DNA of 64,000 nt from Azolla caroliniana (Eukaryota > Plantae > Polypodiophyta). The stretch spans positions 8,928,001 to 8,992,000 of the forward strand of contig JBHGNT010000003.1 of the NCBI GenBank assembly GCA_043228905.1, given 5' to 3'. The translations under genes and the position numbers were made by a program. Positions 8,872-22,900 of this stretch are shown in pieces. The notes under the pieces are model-generated. The model was given only the letters and a program-made list of their open reading frames with translations, was not told the origin of the DNA and did not search any database. Positions within the stretch are counted from its first letter, which is position 1. The number at the start of each line of letters is the position of its first letter.

Positions 8872-11800
8872 CTTTCCTTTAGGATCCTTCGAGGAAGAGG
8901 ATTTGTATTGATCTAAGTAGGACAAAAGAATTTTGAACTACATGCAACTATGATGCCAATTCCATTCAAGGATGTAAAGTGATGTTGATAGAACCTAAAT
9001 GTTTAGGTTTTCACACCATTCCATGTTGGAAAACAAAGAAGAGCTATATCAATCTAAATGACATGAGATAGTTTTGCCCTAGGGTAAGTGACATGATTGC
9101 AATTCCTCGACAGGGATTGATGTTGATTTTATGATATTGAAATTGCCATTCATGTAGTTTCAACACCAAGAGAGCTACACGACATAACTTGATGGTCTTT
9201 TCAAATATAATGGTTAGGTAGCATTTTTCCATCGAATTTGCTACGACCATTATAATGCAAATGCTTTTAAGTAGAGCGATCAAGAAAGTGACACACCAAC
9301 ATGTTGAGCCAGCAACTCAAAACATTTAAGTAGACCCCTTTAGTTTCAGAACATACATCAATCCGTCAATTTATTCGCACTTAAAGTTTCCGAATAACTA
9401 GCTCCTTTTAAAAAAAAAACTCGTAGCCACTTTTGTGGCATGCTAGTTGATGGGTCGAATAATGTTTTTTTATACTAGTGTTAAGCACAACTATTTCATA
9501 TCATTATGAGTGCATTTCGTGGCAAACTTTTAATATTATTTAACTTTATTGGATGGTCACATAGTCGAACAAATACACTTTCAAATGAGTATAATTGTCC
9601 AAATCAAATTCGAAATATAATCATGGACTCCACCAAAAGGACTTTGAAAAAAGACTACATGGAAGTAAGAAACATTATTCTAGAGAATGCGAGTGCGTGC
9701 ATATACATACACACTTTTTGTTTTAGCATTGCATTATATTATGGGTGGGCAACCTCAAAGCACGTTAAAAACTCACAGATCGAATACTTACGGCATGCCA
9801 CCATATGCGAAACATTAAATAAATACAAAACAAAAATGGCCAATAATGTTGAATTGGTTATTAGTATTCTAATAGACTTTGGTATAACTTTTTGGTTTCA
9901 TTATTCAATGTAAATTGAAGCTTAGTTTAATGTATTTGAAATGTATTCAATTAATAAAGTTAAGTAATTTCATAACCAAAGTCTTTCATGCTCCATGGTA
10001 AACACAACATAATCCTCGGTTACATTACTAATAGATGAAACCGAAAACTCTACCTTTAATTAGTTGGCAAAATGAAATCCGTGTGAGAGGCACAAGTGTT
10101 TATATCATTTACAAATGAACTTTGTAGTTCTTTTGTGTTCAATATTTGGTTTTTCACTTTACTTTTGAGACAAATGTTTGGTTTCGGCTTAAGAATTCAA
10201 TTGAGTGAATAAGTTTAGCATGCTTTTATCTTGTGGCGCATGCAAGTAAGACATTGCCAAGCATTTGACGCTATAACTTTTCTCTAACCATGACATTCGA
10301 TTGAATAAGCCAATACTCAAGGCATATCTTACTTCGAGAGTATTGCATGGTTGATAGATATAAAATGCAACCACTATTTTATTCCTGCACTTTTAATATT
10401 GTGCTAATGATCTAAACTTAAAAGTAGATGTGAACACTTCACAAAGTCTAAACATTCGACAAGTGTAATAATGAGACCATGTCACACAATGATGCCCACA
10501 TATTGCAAAGGTGCCTTCACATTGTACGTGTGCTATATTATATGTTCATGAACAAGAGATGCCAAGTTTACTAAGGTGGAATTGTCTGCTTTGTAGCCTT
10601 TCGATCCTCGATTGAATTTGTTGCCTCTAGTGGTGGGTCACTTAAGTAGGAGGATCCTTGTGCAATTGAGGTTCACTATTTTAGATTTGTAAATTATCCT
10701 CGATGATCATAAATGGATGCCTTTCACTGTTAAAAGTTGCTCCTTTTATGAGCATTGAGTATCTAGGTTTCTTCAAAACACAAAATTTCATCATCTCAAA
10801 TCCTATACCCAAAGCTTGTCATTTTTTGCAACTTGGAAATTATCTATCTTTTGGGATTTGTGTAAAAGCACGGATGTGCGACACATGGAAATTAACGTGG
10901 TATGGTGAGCTTTGAATGTTCGTCATTTACATACATTATTGGATGCAAAAGGGAGCACTTCTAGACACTATAATAAATATATATATATATACACAATAAT
11001 GGGCTATAAAAAAGAATTCAAGAAATATTACCCTTCAAAAAAGATAGACTACAATTGCATCTGTACAAATTCGACCCCACAATTAGATTCTCTTCACCTT
11101 GACCATAAAGACAACAAATCTTATGTCATTACACTAACTTTTCTTCTCCACACTATTTCCCTTCATTTCGAGTGGGACAATACTCACCACTCTTCATATC
11201 CTTGTAAGTTGTGTGTAGTGTTTTTAGGAAATGTCGATACTCCCTATAACCTAAGGGATACAATAATAAAGTATTCATTTCACACGAATTATCTTGCAGT
11301 GTTCACGGGCCATGAATTGTGTTTGATGAAGCATGAACTGAGTATTGGCACTTTACACAACACTTTCAATGAATTTTTATATCATTTTTGTCTTATAGTT
11401 CTTTGGTTCATTTCTTTGAGAGAGAGAGAGAGAGAGAGAAAGATCATTTATGGTTTTCAGTACATATTACCATTTAGTATGAATATATTTACTACTTTAG
11501 GGACAAAGGAAGAGAGAACATGAAATGGCACAAACAACATGACAATATGACCTCAAATACGAAACCTTTACTACTTCTGTGGTCTCCACAATGTTACATG
11601 AATTCTTCCAATATCATTTTTAGCATTCTTACTATAAGTAACCAATATCCAACACATTGTTTTGTTTGTGCCACAAGGTAGCACAACAATTGTCCTTGAA
11701 TCAATGTGGATGCACCTATTAAACCTTAACATTGTAGATTAGAAGAAATAACCTTGCCTAAGGATATGGCATATGGCATATGTTTATTGGGTCCATTTAG

Positions 11801-14319
11801 TATAAGTCACCATTTGCTGATAAAGAAAACAACACATTAGTTGACCATGCGTCCCATTTGTCTCTGTTTAGAGATTAAGAATAATATGGAGGAAAACATA
11901 TTAAGATTTTCATGCAATTTTTTTCTTTTTTCTATTACAACAATTGTTTTGAGTTGCTTAACCGTGCTATATGTTTTCTCTCCATTAATGTAAACTAAAT
12001 CATAGTATTATTCCCTAAAGGATTTCTCTTCAAATCCTTAGAAATAACAAATATTCAAGCTTGACATAAACTAAAACGTAAAGTACTTATTTTTAGATCC
12101 TTAGAAATAGCAAATAGTAAATTTAGCATCAAGCCGTTGGTAGTTCTACTTAGGGTAAATTCTTTCTCAAGGGTGTATTTTACAAGGACCAACAAAATTC
12201 CAAGGAATTGAACTTCCTATCACTAACGAAAACTCGAAACACTAGATGAAACTCAAAGCTTTTTTCTTACAAGGGCTACTGTGTGTACGGACCGTGGTAG
12301 ACCATTCATAAACCAAGGTAGTGTGACCCATTGATGACTTAGACTCACTTTTCTAGAAGGTTATTTATGCTATTGTAAGACACCTTTATAATATAGACAA
12401 ACCGAAGCAAAATAAATTTGAAATCCAATTGAAACAATAAACTTTTTCTTTTCATTTTTGGTAAGGAGCCCTACATTTCTATAATCTCGAGTGTCATTTT
12501 TGTCATATAGGAACAAAAAAGCTATACAATAAATATAGCAGCTCAATGAGCAACTTAATAGGCGAAGAGACTCAAATGTATGGCCTATTACACTTTGCAA
12601 ATGTGCCAAAAAAAATACGACTTTTTGCCTTATAAGAATTGAAATTGCACAAAATGTTGGAAATGTGGTTTAAATGTTGCAAAATTGCATCGTTGTCTGG
12701 TTGTTCTAAAGGCTAACATGTTGGTGTATCATTATGCATTATTTGGACAATTGATTTAATCCTCACTAGAAGACAAATTGTCCCCTAAGATGAATAATTG
12801 ATTGTCATGACACATTAATTAGCGAAATGTTCGATCAATTAATTTGTCACTTAGCAAAATGGTGCCTTCTTGGCATTTAGCGAAGTGTTTGCTCCCTATC
12901 ATCGCATATTGACGAAAAGTGATCATTGACAAATACAAATTTATATATGTAAAATTCATGTGCACCTAGATGGACTAGTACCCTACCCGGATGGACTAGT
13001 TCTAGACCATAAAATAATTTCATAGCTAACTAGGCCTTTCATAGTTTATGCTCAACTCTACCTAGCAATATAAAATAAAATTTGTTGAGTTGTTTCAAAT
13101 GATGCAATGACTAGTTTCGAAGACCCACAATGCGACAAGCTCGTGGTTGATGTTTCATTTTGGGTTATAATGCAATTTTTAATTGCGACTATGGTATCAA
13201 GTGATTGTGGCCTATATGTGAGACAGACAAAATCACAAGAAATTATTGATGGTTATCATAAAGTCCTACAAGTCTTTTAAATAAACAAAATATAACACAA
13301 TAATAGTCTAGCGAATTGGATGACACTTACCTCGTCTTTATTGAAACTGATTCATTTGTCTTTCATGAAGATTAGCTTTACCTTAATCTTGTAAGTCCTT
13401 TGAATTCCAAAGATGGAATTTCGTAGTGACTAGTATAAATCTCACAGTTTTTTGTGTGAATGAAGATTTAGTGATCAACATGTACAACTTCATATGTAGA
13501 AATGATATTATGCATAGTGAATAGTGCAATGCATAATGAATAGTGTGTACCATTCATATTGCCTAATATGTAGTGCTAAGACATAATGCATAATGGGTAG
13601 TGCATGCTATTATTTGTTGACAACTATTCTTTACCATCTCGTTTGATTTTGGCGTTGTATGTTGATCAATTGTGATGATGCGGTTGGGTTGAAGGGACAA
13701 GGTGGGCAGAGTCGTAGGATTTTGTTAGATTATGGAATGCTAATTGAAGACATCTCATAGAAAAAGGGAAACAAATAATTTAGGATTATGCTCTTGTTCG
13801 ATTGCTTGAAATGTATGACTATTAACTTTGAGGTGGTAGATTTGAACCTTACATAAGGGTAAAAGAGAACCAAGTAAAAAATAATATCTCTTGAGCTATA
13901 AAAGAGAAACATTGGCTAATTTAGAATGGTTTAGACAAGGGAATTAAGGAAGTGGGAAAAGACAGAGCAGGCTAATTGTAATTTTCAATCTTGATTAGTT
14001 GAAACTGTGTTGTGTTCAATGTGTGCTTGTGGTGAACAGAGCTAGCAGTGAAATGAGAGCCTAGCACAGAAGGGTACGACAAAGTCAAGAAGGCTACGAA
14101 CAAGTCAAACTATCAAATCAAACACCTCTCTTGGTTCAAACCTCTTGTGGTTTCATCAGACTTTCATACATGTACATGTGTTTTCACAACAGAATTTGGT
14201 GTGAGCGTATTTTTTTCCTTGTTGCCACATAGACTAAGGGACATGTGTTCGTTGCAATGAATAGTGATGATGTTAACCACAAATTTCAGGTTGGAACTTA
14301 TACTAATACGATCTCATTC

Positions 14320-14481
14320 CAACAAACATTGAGTGTCTCATTTTGATAGTCGATGTTGTAACAAACGTTGAGGGTCTTATTCTTAATGTAGATCTTGCAA
14401 CAAAGATTGAGGGTCTTGTTCATAAGGTAGACGTTGCAATAGAGATTGGAGATCTTATTCCTAAGTTAGATGTTGTAACAC
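14320..14481. repeat. Degenerate ~39 bp tandem repeat, ~4 copies
   Basis: Recurring GATGTTG(T/C)AACAAA..TTGAGGGTCTTATTC. Confidence 0.7.
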
Positions 14482-15494
14482 GAGGTGAACAAACTTGAAT
14501 TAGTGTGGAAAAGCGGTGTGCAAAGGCAACAACAATTGTGTAGGGGTGACATTGCCTATGCCATGCAAACATGAATTAATTAAAATAGAATGTGAGCCAC
14601 CAATTTGTGGTATAAACAAAGATGAGTTCAAGCAATAGAAGCTGAGATTTTTTGATGAAGAGAAAGACCTTTGATTTTGGAGATTGACAAAATTCTTGTA
14701 AATATATCGTGGATGACACAATGGGAAGACACTGACCAAAAGTTGGCATGGGTTATGTATGCTTTCACATTTTTAATTAGAGAGGTAAATCAGAGTTGGA
14801 AGTTTTTATGTGCATAGAAAAACGCTTACCAAATCGAGATACAAAATAGATTATTTTCAGTCTAGGGAAAATTGTTTCAAGATAAGGGTCAAGGCCTTTC
14901 AGGTAATTTGGACGGATTGGCTAAATCATGGTGTATATACTACCTTAAATTTGGATACAAAACAGTTTTGGCAATGCCTGAATGTTTGGAGAAGTTGCCT
15001 TATGGTGCCAAATAACATGCTAAAAACTACTTGTCGAAGGCCCTATCCGTCAACTTCAAATAGGGTTATGCACACCATACCTAAAAGTGTATGCGAACAA
15101 CATCTTTAGGGAGGTTCCATTCAATTCCAAGGGCTTGGTGATTTTTCGAAAATTTGAAGATGTTGAAACAAGCTCAATAGGAGGCCGAAGCCGATTCGAC
15201 CATGAGTCGTAAGGGCCGAAAGGTTGACAAAGCCGTTAGGATATAGGGCCAAAAGGTTGAAAATAGTGTTAGGAATATTATAGGTTAATTAAGTGTCAGG
15301 GTTCATAAGTGAGCATTTAGTACTTGTGTCAGCCTACCGTTAGAGGCTTGTATAAAAGGTGCTTTGTGAGCACAATGTGTAATAAGTCGACAAATTTTGT
15401 AATAGAAGTTTTCTCTGTTCTGTGCTCTCTCTCTCTCTCTCTCTCTTTGTACTTAATCTTCAGACTTTGTGTTTTCCTAACTATTTGTTATTAT

Positions 15495-15599
15495 TGTGAA
15501 AGTTAGTGTGTGGAAGCTTGACAAAGCCGGTTTAACCGGGAAGCAACAGAGAATAGAAAACACAGGTTCAATGGAAGCTTGAGAATATTTAGCATACAC

Positions 15600-15643
<44 letters not shown>

Positions 15644-18600
15644 AGAACATAAAACTCTATTAAAAAATAACACTCTGTAACTCTTTGCATACAATCGTGC
15701 TAAACAACACCATTTATACAAGTCCTTAAAAGGACTAACAGAAGTACTAATATGTACTTCAATGCTCATACGAGTGGCTGACACTAACTATGAGGACTCT
15801 GACTACCTAGTAGTATAGGAGTATAGGCTACTACTAGCCTTTCAGTTCACATTTGAATTCGGCTCCTGTGGTTCCGGATATCATCCGGATACCGATCTAG
15901 ATATCATCCGACTCTTCGTTCCGGATACCAATCCGGCTTAGGCTTATCCAGCTGATTCGGATACGGTTGAGCTTGCTCGCTCAACACTCCCCCTCTAGCT
16001 CAACTTGAGGCCGGATCGTGATGTCAGTGTTTACAGTAATCGGTCCTTTCCTTCGACTCCTTCTAACGTCCTCCCACCTTGCTCGCGCTCCTCGTCCGGT
16101 ACTACGCATCTCAACCTCCTTGGTCGGCTTGTCTGCTCACCAGTCCCATTTCACCTTCTTCGCTGCGATGACTCCAACGCTCATTGATCCATCGGTTCCT
16201 CCGTGTTGGTGTCGACTTCCGTTGCCTTCTCGTCCACTTGGCCTTTAGTTGATCCGGTTTCTCTGAATCTTGAACTGAATCGGCTTCCTCCGATTCGTTC
16301 TAGCTCTTGTCCGAGTTGGTAGTCTCCAACTCTCGTCTTCCGTTTTTAGGCCCTTCACCACATTGGACCACGTTCGGGTCTTGGCCTTCTTCCGGTCGGC
16401 TCTGTCTTTCTTGACTTGTATTGCCGCTGCCGCTTGCTCCGACTTGTTCGGATGTGCCGACTCCTTCGGTCGGCTCGGCTTCCTTTATCTGCTCATCTCC
16501 CCCCCTATTTGAGCTCTTCCTAACTCTCCGGCTCCTTGTATGGTGCCATTACCTGTTTCCGTTCTCCCCATCAAGTGCGGCACGTCGAGATGCTGAATGC
16601 CGAGCATCTCCGAAAAAAGTTGCAAATTGTCTAATTCGAGCGGCTTGGTGAAGATGTCGGCTACTTGCCGATCCGTGTGAACATATCGAAGTTCAACTTC
16701 ACGACTCAAAACCCACTCACGCACAAAGTGATAGTGCACTTCTATGTGCTTCGTCCGAGCATGGAACATTGGGTTCTTGGCGAGATGTATGTTGCTCATG
16801 CTGTCGCAATAGATCAGGATCGGGGTCGGCACCTCGATCCGGAGGTCACGCAGCAGTCACCGAAGCTAGATGGCTTCACAGGTGGCAATGGTAGCACCTT
16901 GGTATTCAGCCTTAGTGCTCGACAGAGCCAATGTTGGCTGCTTTTTGCTACTCCACGCAACAACCCTGCTACCAAGAGAAAACATGTAATTGGAGGTGGA
17001 TCGACGATCCGATGCATCACTAGCCCAGTCGGCATCGGTATATCCGACTAGCTTCCCAACTATACCGTATCGGTATAACAGTCCCAGGTCCTTCGTGCCG
17101 CTAACATATTGGAGTAACTGGCTTCTACATGAACTGGCTGATCACTCCGACCAGGTAACTGATGTCGGGTCGAGTGATTGTCAAGTATATGAGGCTTCCA
17201 ACAATTTGTCGGAACCGTTTCTCATCGCAGGCCGGGACGAAGTCGAGATGTAGCTTTAGGTTCCGGTCCAGGGGTGTGGAGATCGGTCGACATTCTGTCA
17301 TGCCGAACTTGTACAACATATTCAGCACATAATGTCTTTGTGAGGGCAATATGCCATCGGGGGTTCGGATCACCTCGATCCCAAGAAAATAATGAAGGTC
17401 CCACAGGTCCTTCATTTCAAATGCGTCCGACAACTAAGACTTCACTTTGCCGATTTCATCCAGTTCGGGTCTGGTGATGACTAAATCATGAATATCTAGC
17501 AGGATACAGACTGGATCGTCTGGACCTTTCTGGATGAACAATGATGAGTCGAACTTTGAGGCCGCAAACCCCATCTTACGCAACCAGTGAGTGATCTTCG
17601 CATTCCAAGCTCGGAGGGCTTGCTTCAGACTGTAAAGCGACTTCTTGAGTCAGTACACTACCGACTTGTTCATCTCTGATTGGAAACCGGGGGGTTGGAT
17701 CATATAGACTTGTTCTTCAAGGTCACCTTGAAGAAACACATTCTTCACGTCCATTTGGTGGAGATGTCATCCCCTTGCCGCAGCAACAACCAGTACCACA
17801 CGAACCGTCGTCATCTTCGCTATTGGAGCGAAGGTCTTGTCGTAGTCGATTTTGTGGGTATGTGTGTATCCCTTTGCCACTAACCGGGCCTTGTACCGGT
17901 TGACCGAACCGTCGGCATTGTACTTCACCTTATATACCCATTTGCAACCGATCGGTTTACACTGTCGGGAAGGGTCAACCAGGTCCAATGTGTCGTTGGC
18001 ATCAAGTGCCCGCATTTCTTCCTCCATAGCAGCACAACAATTTTCGTCTTTTGTTGCTTTTGTGTAGCTCTCCCGCTCACACACTTCCACCACCTTGGTC
18101 ATGTACGCATAGTGATGCACCATGTACTCATTGTACCCGTACCTCATGACTGGTTTCTTTTGACGGGTTGGCCGGCATAACTTCTCGTTAGCCGGTTTGA
18201 GGCCCTTCTTGGTCGCTTCAGACTTCCTTTCTGAAGATCTGCCTTCTTCCTTTCCGGGGTCAAATTCGTCCCGATCTGACCCTTCACTACCGGTATCGTA
18301 TTCCGACATCTTCTTCTTCCCTTTCTCTTTGCGCGTGAATCGTCTCCTTGGTTCCTTGCGCGGGGAGAGCATGACAGAGTCTCCTCTACTCACCGGTTCT
18401 TCATCCGACTGGTCATCCCGACTTAGCCGATCATTCGGTCCACTTAGCCGGAATGAGATCAGACTCTCATCTAGAGTACGGAATCCTTCATCTTCTTCTT
18501 GAACCTCTCCGGGTTCACTAGCGTCATCCTTTGGAATCGGGTCTTCGTCAGGAGTTGGAGTTGGTAGGGAGTACCATCATGCCGACTCATCAAAGTCGAT

Positions 18601-19909
18601 ATCTCGACTTACTCATACCTGTTTAGTCTGGGGGTTATAACACTTATACCCCTTTTGTTCATGCGAGTAGCCGACGAGTATGCACTTCTCCGATTTCGGA
18701 TCCAGCTTCCTCCGCTTCTCATTCGGTACATGCACATATGCTATGCTACCGAATATCCGAAGGTGTCTCAAATTCGGCTTCCACCCGAAATACAGCTCAT
18801 GTGCTGACACCTTGTCACCGATCGGTTTTGGATGTAGATGGCTTTCCAGACCGCCTCAACCCAGTAGAACTTGGGCATGCTCTTCTCCTCCAGCATTGCC
18901 ATTGCCGCGTCGACAATCGACCAGTTCTTTCTCTCGGCCACACCGTTTTGTTCCGGTGTATATCTCTAGCTGAATTCTCTTCGAATTCCTTTTTGTTGTA
19001 GATAACTGTTGAATTGGCTAGAAAAGTATTCTTTGCCGCCATGCGACCGCAGGCACTTGATCTTCCTGTCCATTTCCCTTTCGACAACTTACGGGATGTG
19101 GTACTCGCGGCGAAAATCTTCCGAAGATTTTCCTAGGCCTCCTTCGGCGTTTTTGCATCCTTGACGTAGCTAAGCATCTAATCATGCACACAGGACGCGA
19201 GGCAGTACAGTACTCGGCTCGCTCCTTGTTCCCATGCCGAGAAGTCTTTGTGTGCCGGCTCTGGTGCTACCTCGTTGGTTCCTTCCACATAGCTCCAATA
19301 TCCATGCCCCAGCAGGTACTGGTGCATTTTATATGACCAGGATGCATAGTTGCCCCGGTCGAGCTTTTCTGTCGGAAGTGAACTTGCCATTCCTCTGTCT
19401 ATCTTAGGTTCTCTTTTGTCCTTCACCAGGTGTTAGGGTTTGTCTTCATTAGTCGCTCGTCGGCTACAGAGGTTCTCAACCCTCGCGCTCTGATACCATG
19501 TGAAAGTTAGCGTGCAAAAGCTTGACAAAGCCGGTTTAGCCGGGTAGCAACAGAGAATAGACAACACAAGTTCAATGGAAGCTTGAGAATATTTAGCATA
19601 CACGGGGGGGAGAGAGAGAGATCAGAACATAAAACTCTATTAAAAAATAACACTCTGTAACTCTTTACATACAATCGTGCTAAACAACAACATTTATACA
19701 AGTCCTCAAAAGGACTGACAGAAGTACTATGTACTTCAATGCTCATACGAGTGGTTGAACTAACTACGAGGACTCTGACTACCTAGTAGTCTAGGAGTAT
19801 AGGCTACTACTAGCCTTCTGGTTCACATTTGAATCTGGCTCCTGTGGTTCTGGATACCGATACGGCTCAGGCTTATCCAACAGATCCGGTGGTGCTTGCT
19901 TGCTCAACA
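15495..19909 (-). mobile_element. Copia element 'B', both LTRs intact, internally deleted
   Basis: LTRs 15495-15986 and 19499-19909 (TG..CA); TSD ATTAT at 15490-15494 and 19910-19914; PBS 19487-19498; PPT 15987-15995; RT/RNase H fragments. gag is fused to mid-integrase at ~19088, about 1.4 kb missing relative to element D. Confidence 0.95.
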
Positions 19910-22900
19910 ATTATGTTATTCGGCTAACTACTTATGAAGCTTCTACATAGTTTTCTTTACATGGTATCAGATCGCAAGGGTTAGAAGAATCCTCTACAAC
20001 TGACACAACTTTCTGACACATATCAAGCAACCAACATCTGAACAGAAAAAGACAGGAACATGGATAGAGGCATGGGTGGAGCTCTTCCATCGGAGAAGTT
20101 GGATAAAAGCAACTACACATCTTGGGAATACAAGATGCACCAATACCTGCTCGGGCATAGGTACTAGAGTTACATCCATGGAGAAAACGAAGTAGCACAA
20201 GAGTCGGCACACAAGGACTTCCTGATTTGGGAACAGGTAGCAAGCAAAGTCTTGCATGCCATACATCCTATGTGCACGACTAGATGCTGGGCTACATTAG
20301 GGACACGAAGAGGCTTGGGAAAATTTGAAGAAGATATTTGCCGCAAGCACTACAACCTGAAAATTGCAGCTTAGACAGGAGTTCAACAATGTACGACAAA
20401 GAGATAATTCGGTGATTGATTATACCTCCAAGATAAAGGATATTTATGACTCTTAGGTCTCCATCAATGAGAGAGTGGACGAAGATAAAATGGTCAAGAT
20501 TTGCCTAGCAGGTTTGGTGCAGAGGTTCAGATCATTCCAAATGACAATCTATACGAGAGAGAAGACACCTTCCTTCTTCGACTTGCAATTGATGCTTCTA
20601 GTCGAAGAGAACCACGAAGGTGCGTTGAGGAGCACATCGACGAACATCCAGATGATGTACAAGGAGGTGGATCGACCCCAAGGACGTGGTGGATTGGCAC
20701 ACAACAATGGCGGTAGATATGAGCAGAGGCAGAATAGAAGAGAAGATAACAGATAAGGACCCTCCACGAGCAGGGGGAGTCAAGGTGCTACTAGAAGCCA
20801 ACAAGCAAAGTCTACAGACTACTAGTACTGTGGCAAAAAGGGCCACAAGGAAAACAAGTGTTGGAAAAAGAAGGCCAATTCAGATAGAGCCGAGATAAGA
20901 ACTTTGTATTCGTGATGAAGCATAAATCCAACTCGAAGGAGGCTAGCACCTCGAAACCAAAGGAGGTGTGGTATGTTGGCTCCGGAGCTTTCAACTACAT
21001 GATGAACCATGAAAGAGAGTCAAGTTAGAAGTTTAAGGTTGTTCGAACCGACAATGGTGGCGAATATAGAGGGCAGTTTCAGGAATACTGCAAGACCCAA
21101 GGTATTCGAATCGAATACACAGTAACGAAGAACCTTGAGTTGAACGGGCTAGGAGAGAGGATGAATCAGACGATCGTGGAGAGAGTAAGGAGCATGTTGT
21201 CGCATGCTAAGTTGGGGAATTCTTATTGGGTTGAGGCGATCTACACAACTATTTATCTTATCAATAAGTCTTCTGCAATACCATTGAAAGGTAATGTCCC
21301 ACAAAGGGTGTGGACATGAAAAGATGTCTCCTACCGACACCTGAGGGTGTTTGAATGCTTAGTATATATGCATGTAGCCAAGGATTAGAGGTTGAAGCTT
21401 GACAATAAGTCGAAACCATGCATATTCATGGTATATTCGGAGGACGAGTTCGGCTATAGGCTGTGGAACTTAGTCGATAAGAAAGTAGTGAGGATTCGGG
21501 ATGTAGTCTTCTTGGAAGACAAGACGATGGAGGACTGGAAGGAACAAAAGTCGGGATCGATTTCCCAGTTGACTCCCACTACTACTGACTTAAGGCCAAG
21601 TGAACCGAGACAGTCGGTTGTTCGGAGATAGCTAGTTGGCATAGCCGAAATCGAGTCGGTCAACTCGAAGCAACCGAAAAATATAGATGAGTTGGAGTCG
21701 GCAGACCTATTGAAGTCAATCGAGGACTACGTGTTGGAATCGGCTAACTCTGAATGACTGATTGACACATATAAACCCGAGCTGAGAGAAGAGTCGGCAG
21801 AGACATCCGGACTGGAGCCGACAACCGGTGGAAGAAGATACCCATTCAGAGAAAGAAGGGCACTGACTACATATGCCAGTCAATACATCGTCTTGATTGA
21901 TGAACGTGAATCGAAATGCTATGAAGAAGCCATAGCTAATGAGCACAAGGAGAAATGGCTAAGTGTAATGCAAGACGAGATGGACTCCTTGCACAAAAAT
22001 TACACCTATGGCCTGGTAGAGTTACCTAAAGGTAAGAGAGCACTCATGAATAATGTCCGCTCAACCGGATCCGGATCGGTATCTAGAATAGAGAACCGGA
22101 TAGGTATTCGGAACCAAGAGCCGGACCAGAGAACCGAACTGGATTGTAACCGGTGTCGTGAAAATACGACGAGGACACGTGAACTTGAGGCAAGACCCCG
22201 GGGTCTCCAACCGGAGGATATCAGATTCGTATATTTATATTAAAGAGTTAATGCAAAATGAGAAAGATCCACAAATTTCATTTATAAAGGGAAAGAAAGA
22301 TTACAATCAATCCCAAGATTGGGATTACAAAAGTTTTAGCTTATGAAGATTACTAGAATAATAGATTAGAAGAAACTAATATACGGATTCGATAGGAAAA
22401 TTAGGTTTTTCGGCTTCGATAAGAGATTATGGTTTATGAATGATATATTCGTTGAGAAAATTAGGGTTTTTTGAGTGTTATGGCTTCGTGAGATAAGGGA
22501 GGTAAGAAGGAAAAGAAAATAAAAATGGAGAGAGAATGAGTGTAGGGAAAAAAAATGGAATATATATGGAGTTCTCCGTTGATCATAGCCTTCAATGTTA
22601 CTTTGCATGCCCACTTTTAGTTGCATGCGACCGTCCACATGGCCTTTACTTTAGTTTTCTTTACTTTACTTTAATTTGCCACATGATCCAATAATCTGTA
22701 AAGTTTAACCCATGCTTTGATCTGTCTGGTTTGCGTCCATCTAGTCCGGTTCCGGTTCTGTCACCGTCTAGTTTCGGTTCGATCGCCGGTTCCATCCGGT
22801 TGCCGGCTTCGTCCAGTCGCCGGATCCGTCTGGTCGCCGGCTCCGTCCGATTTCCAAATGCTGGATTCGTTTTATCGCCGGCTCCGTCCGGTTTTCGGTT

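Noticed and set aside
8900-13600. AT-rich ORFs (e.g. 9506..9913, 10912..11523) and possible DNA-transposon relics
   Set aside because: No recognisable domains; one ORF runs through microsatellites; too decayed to call
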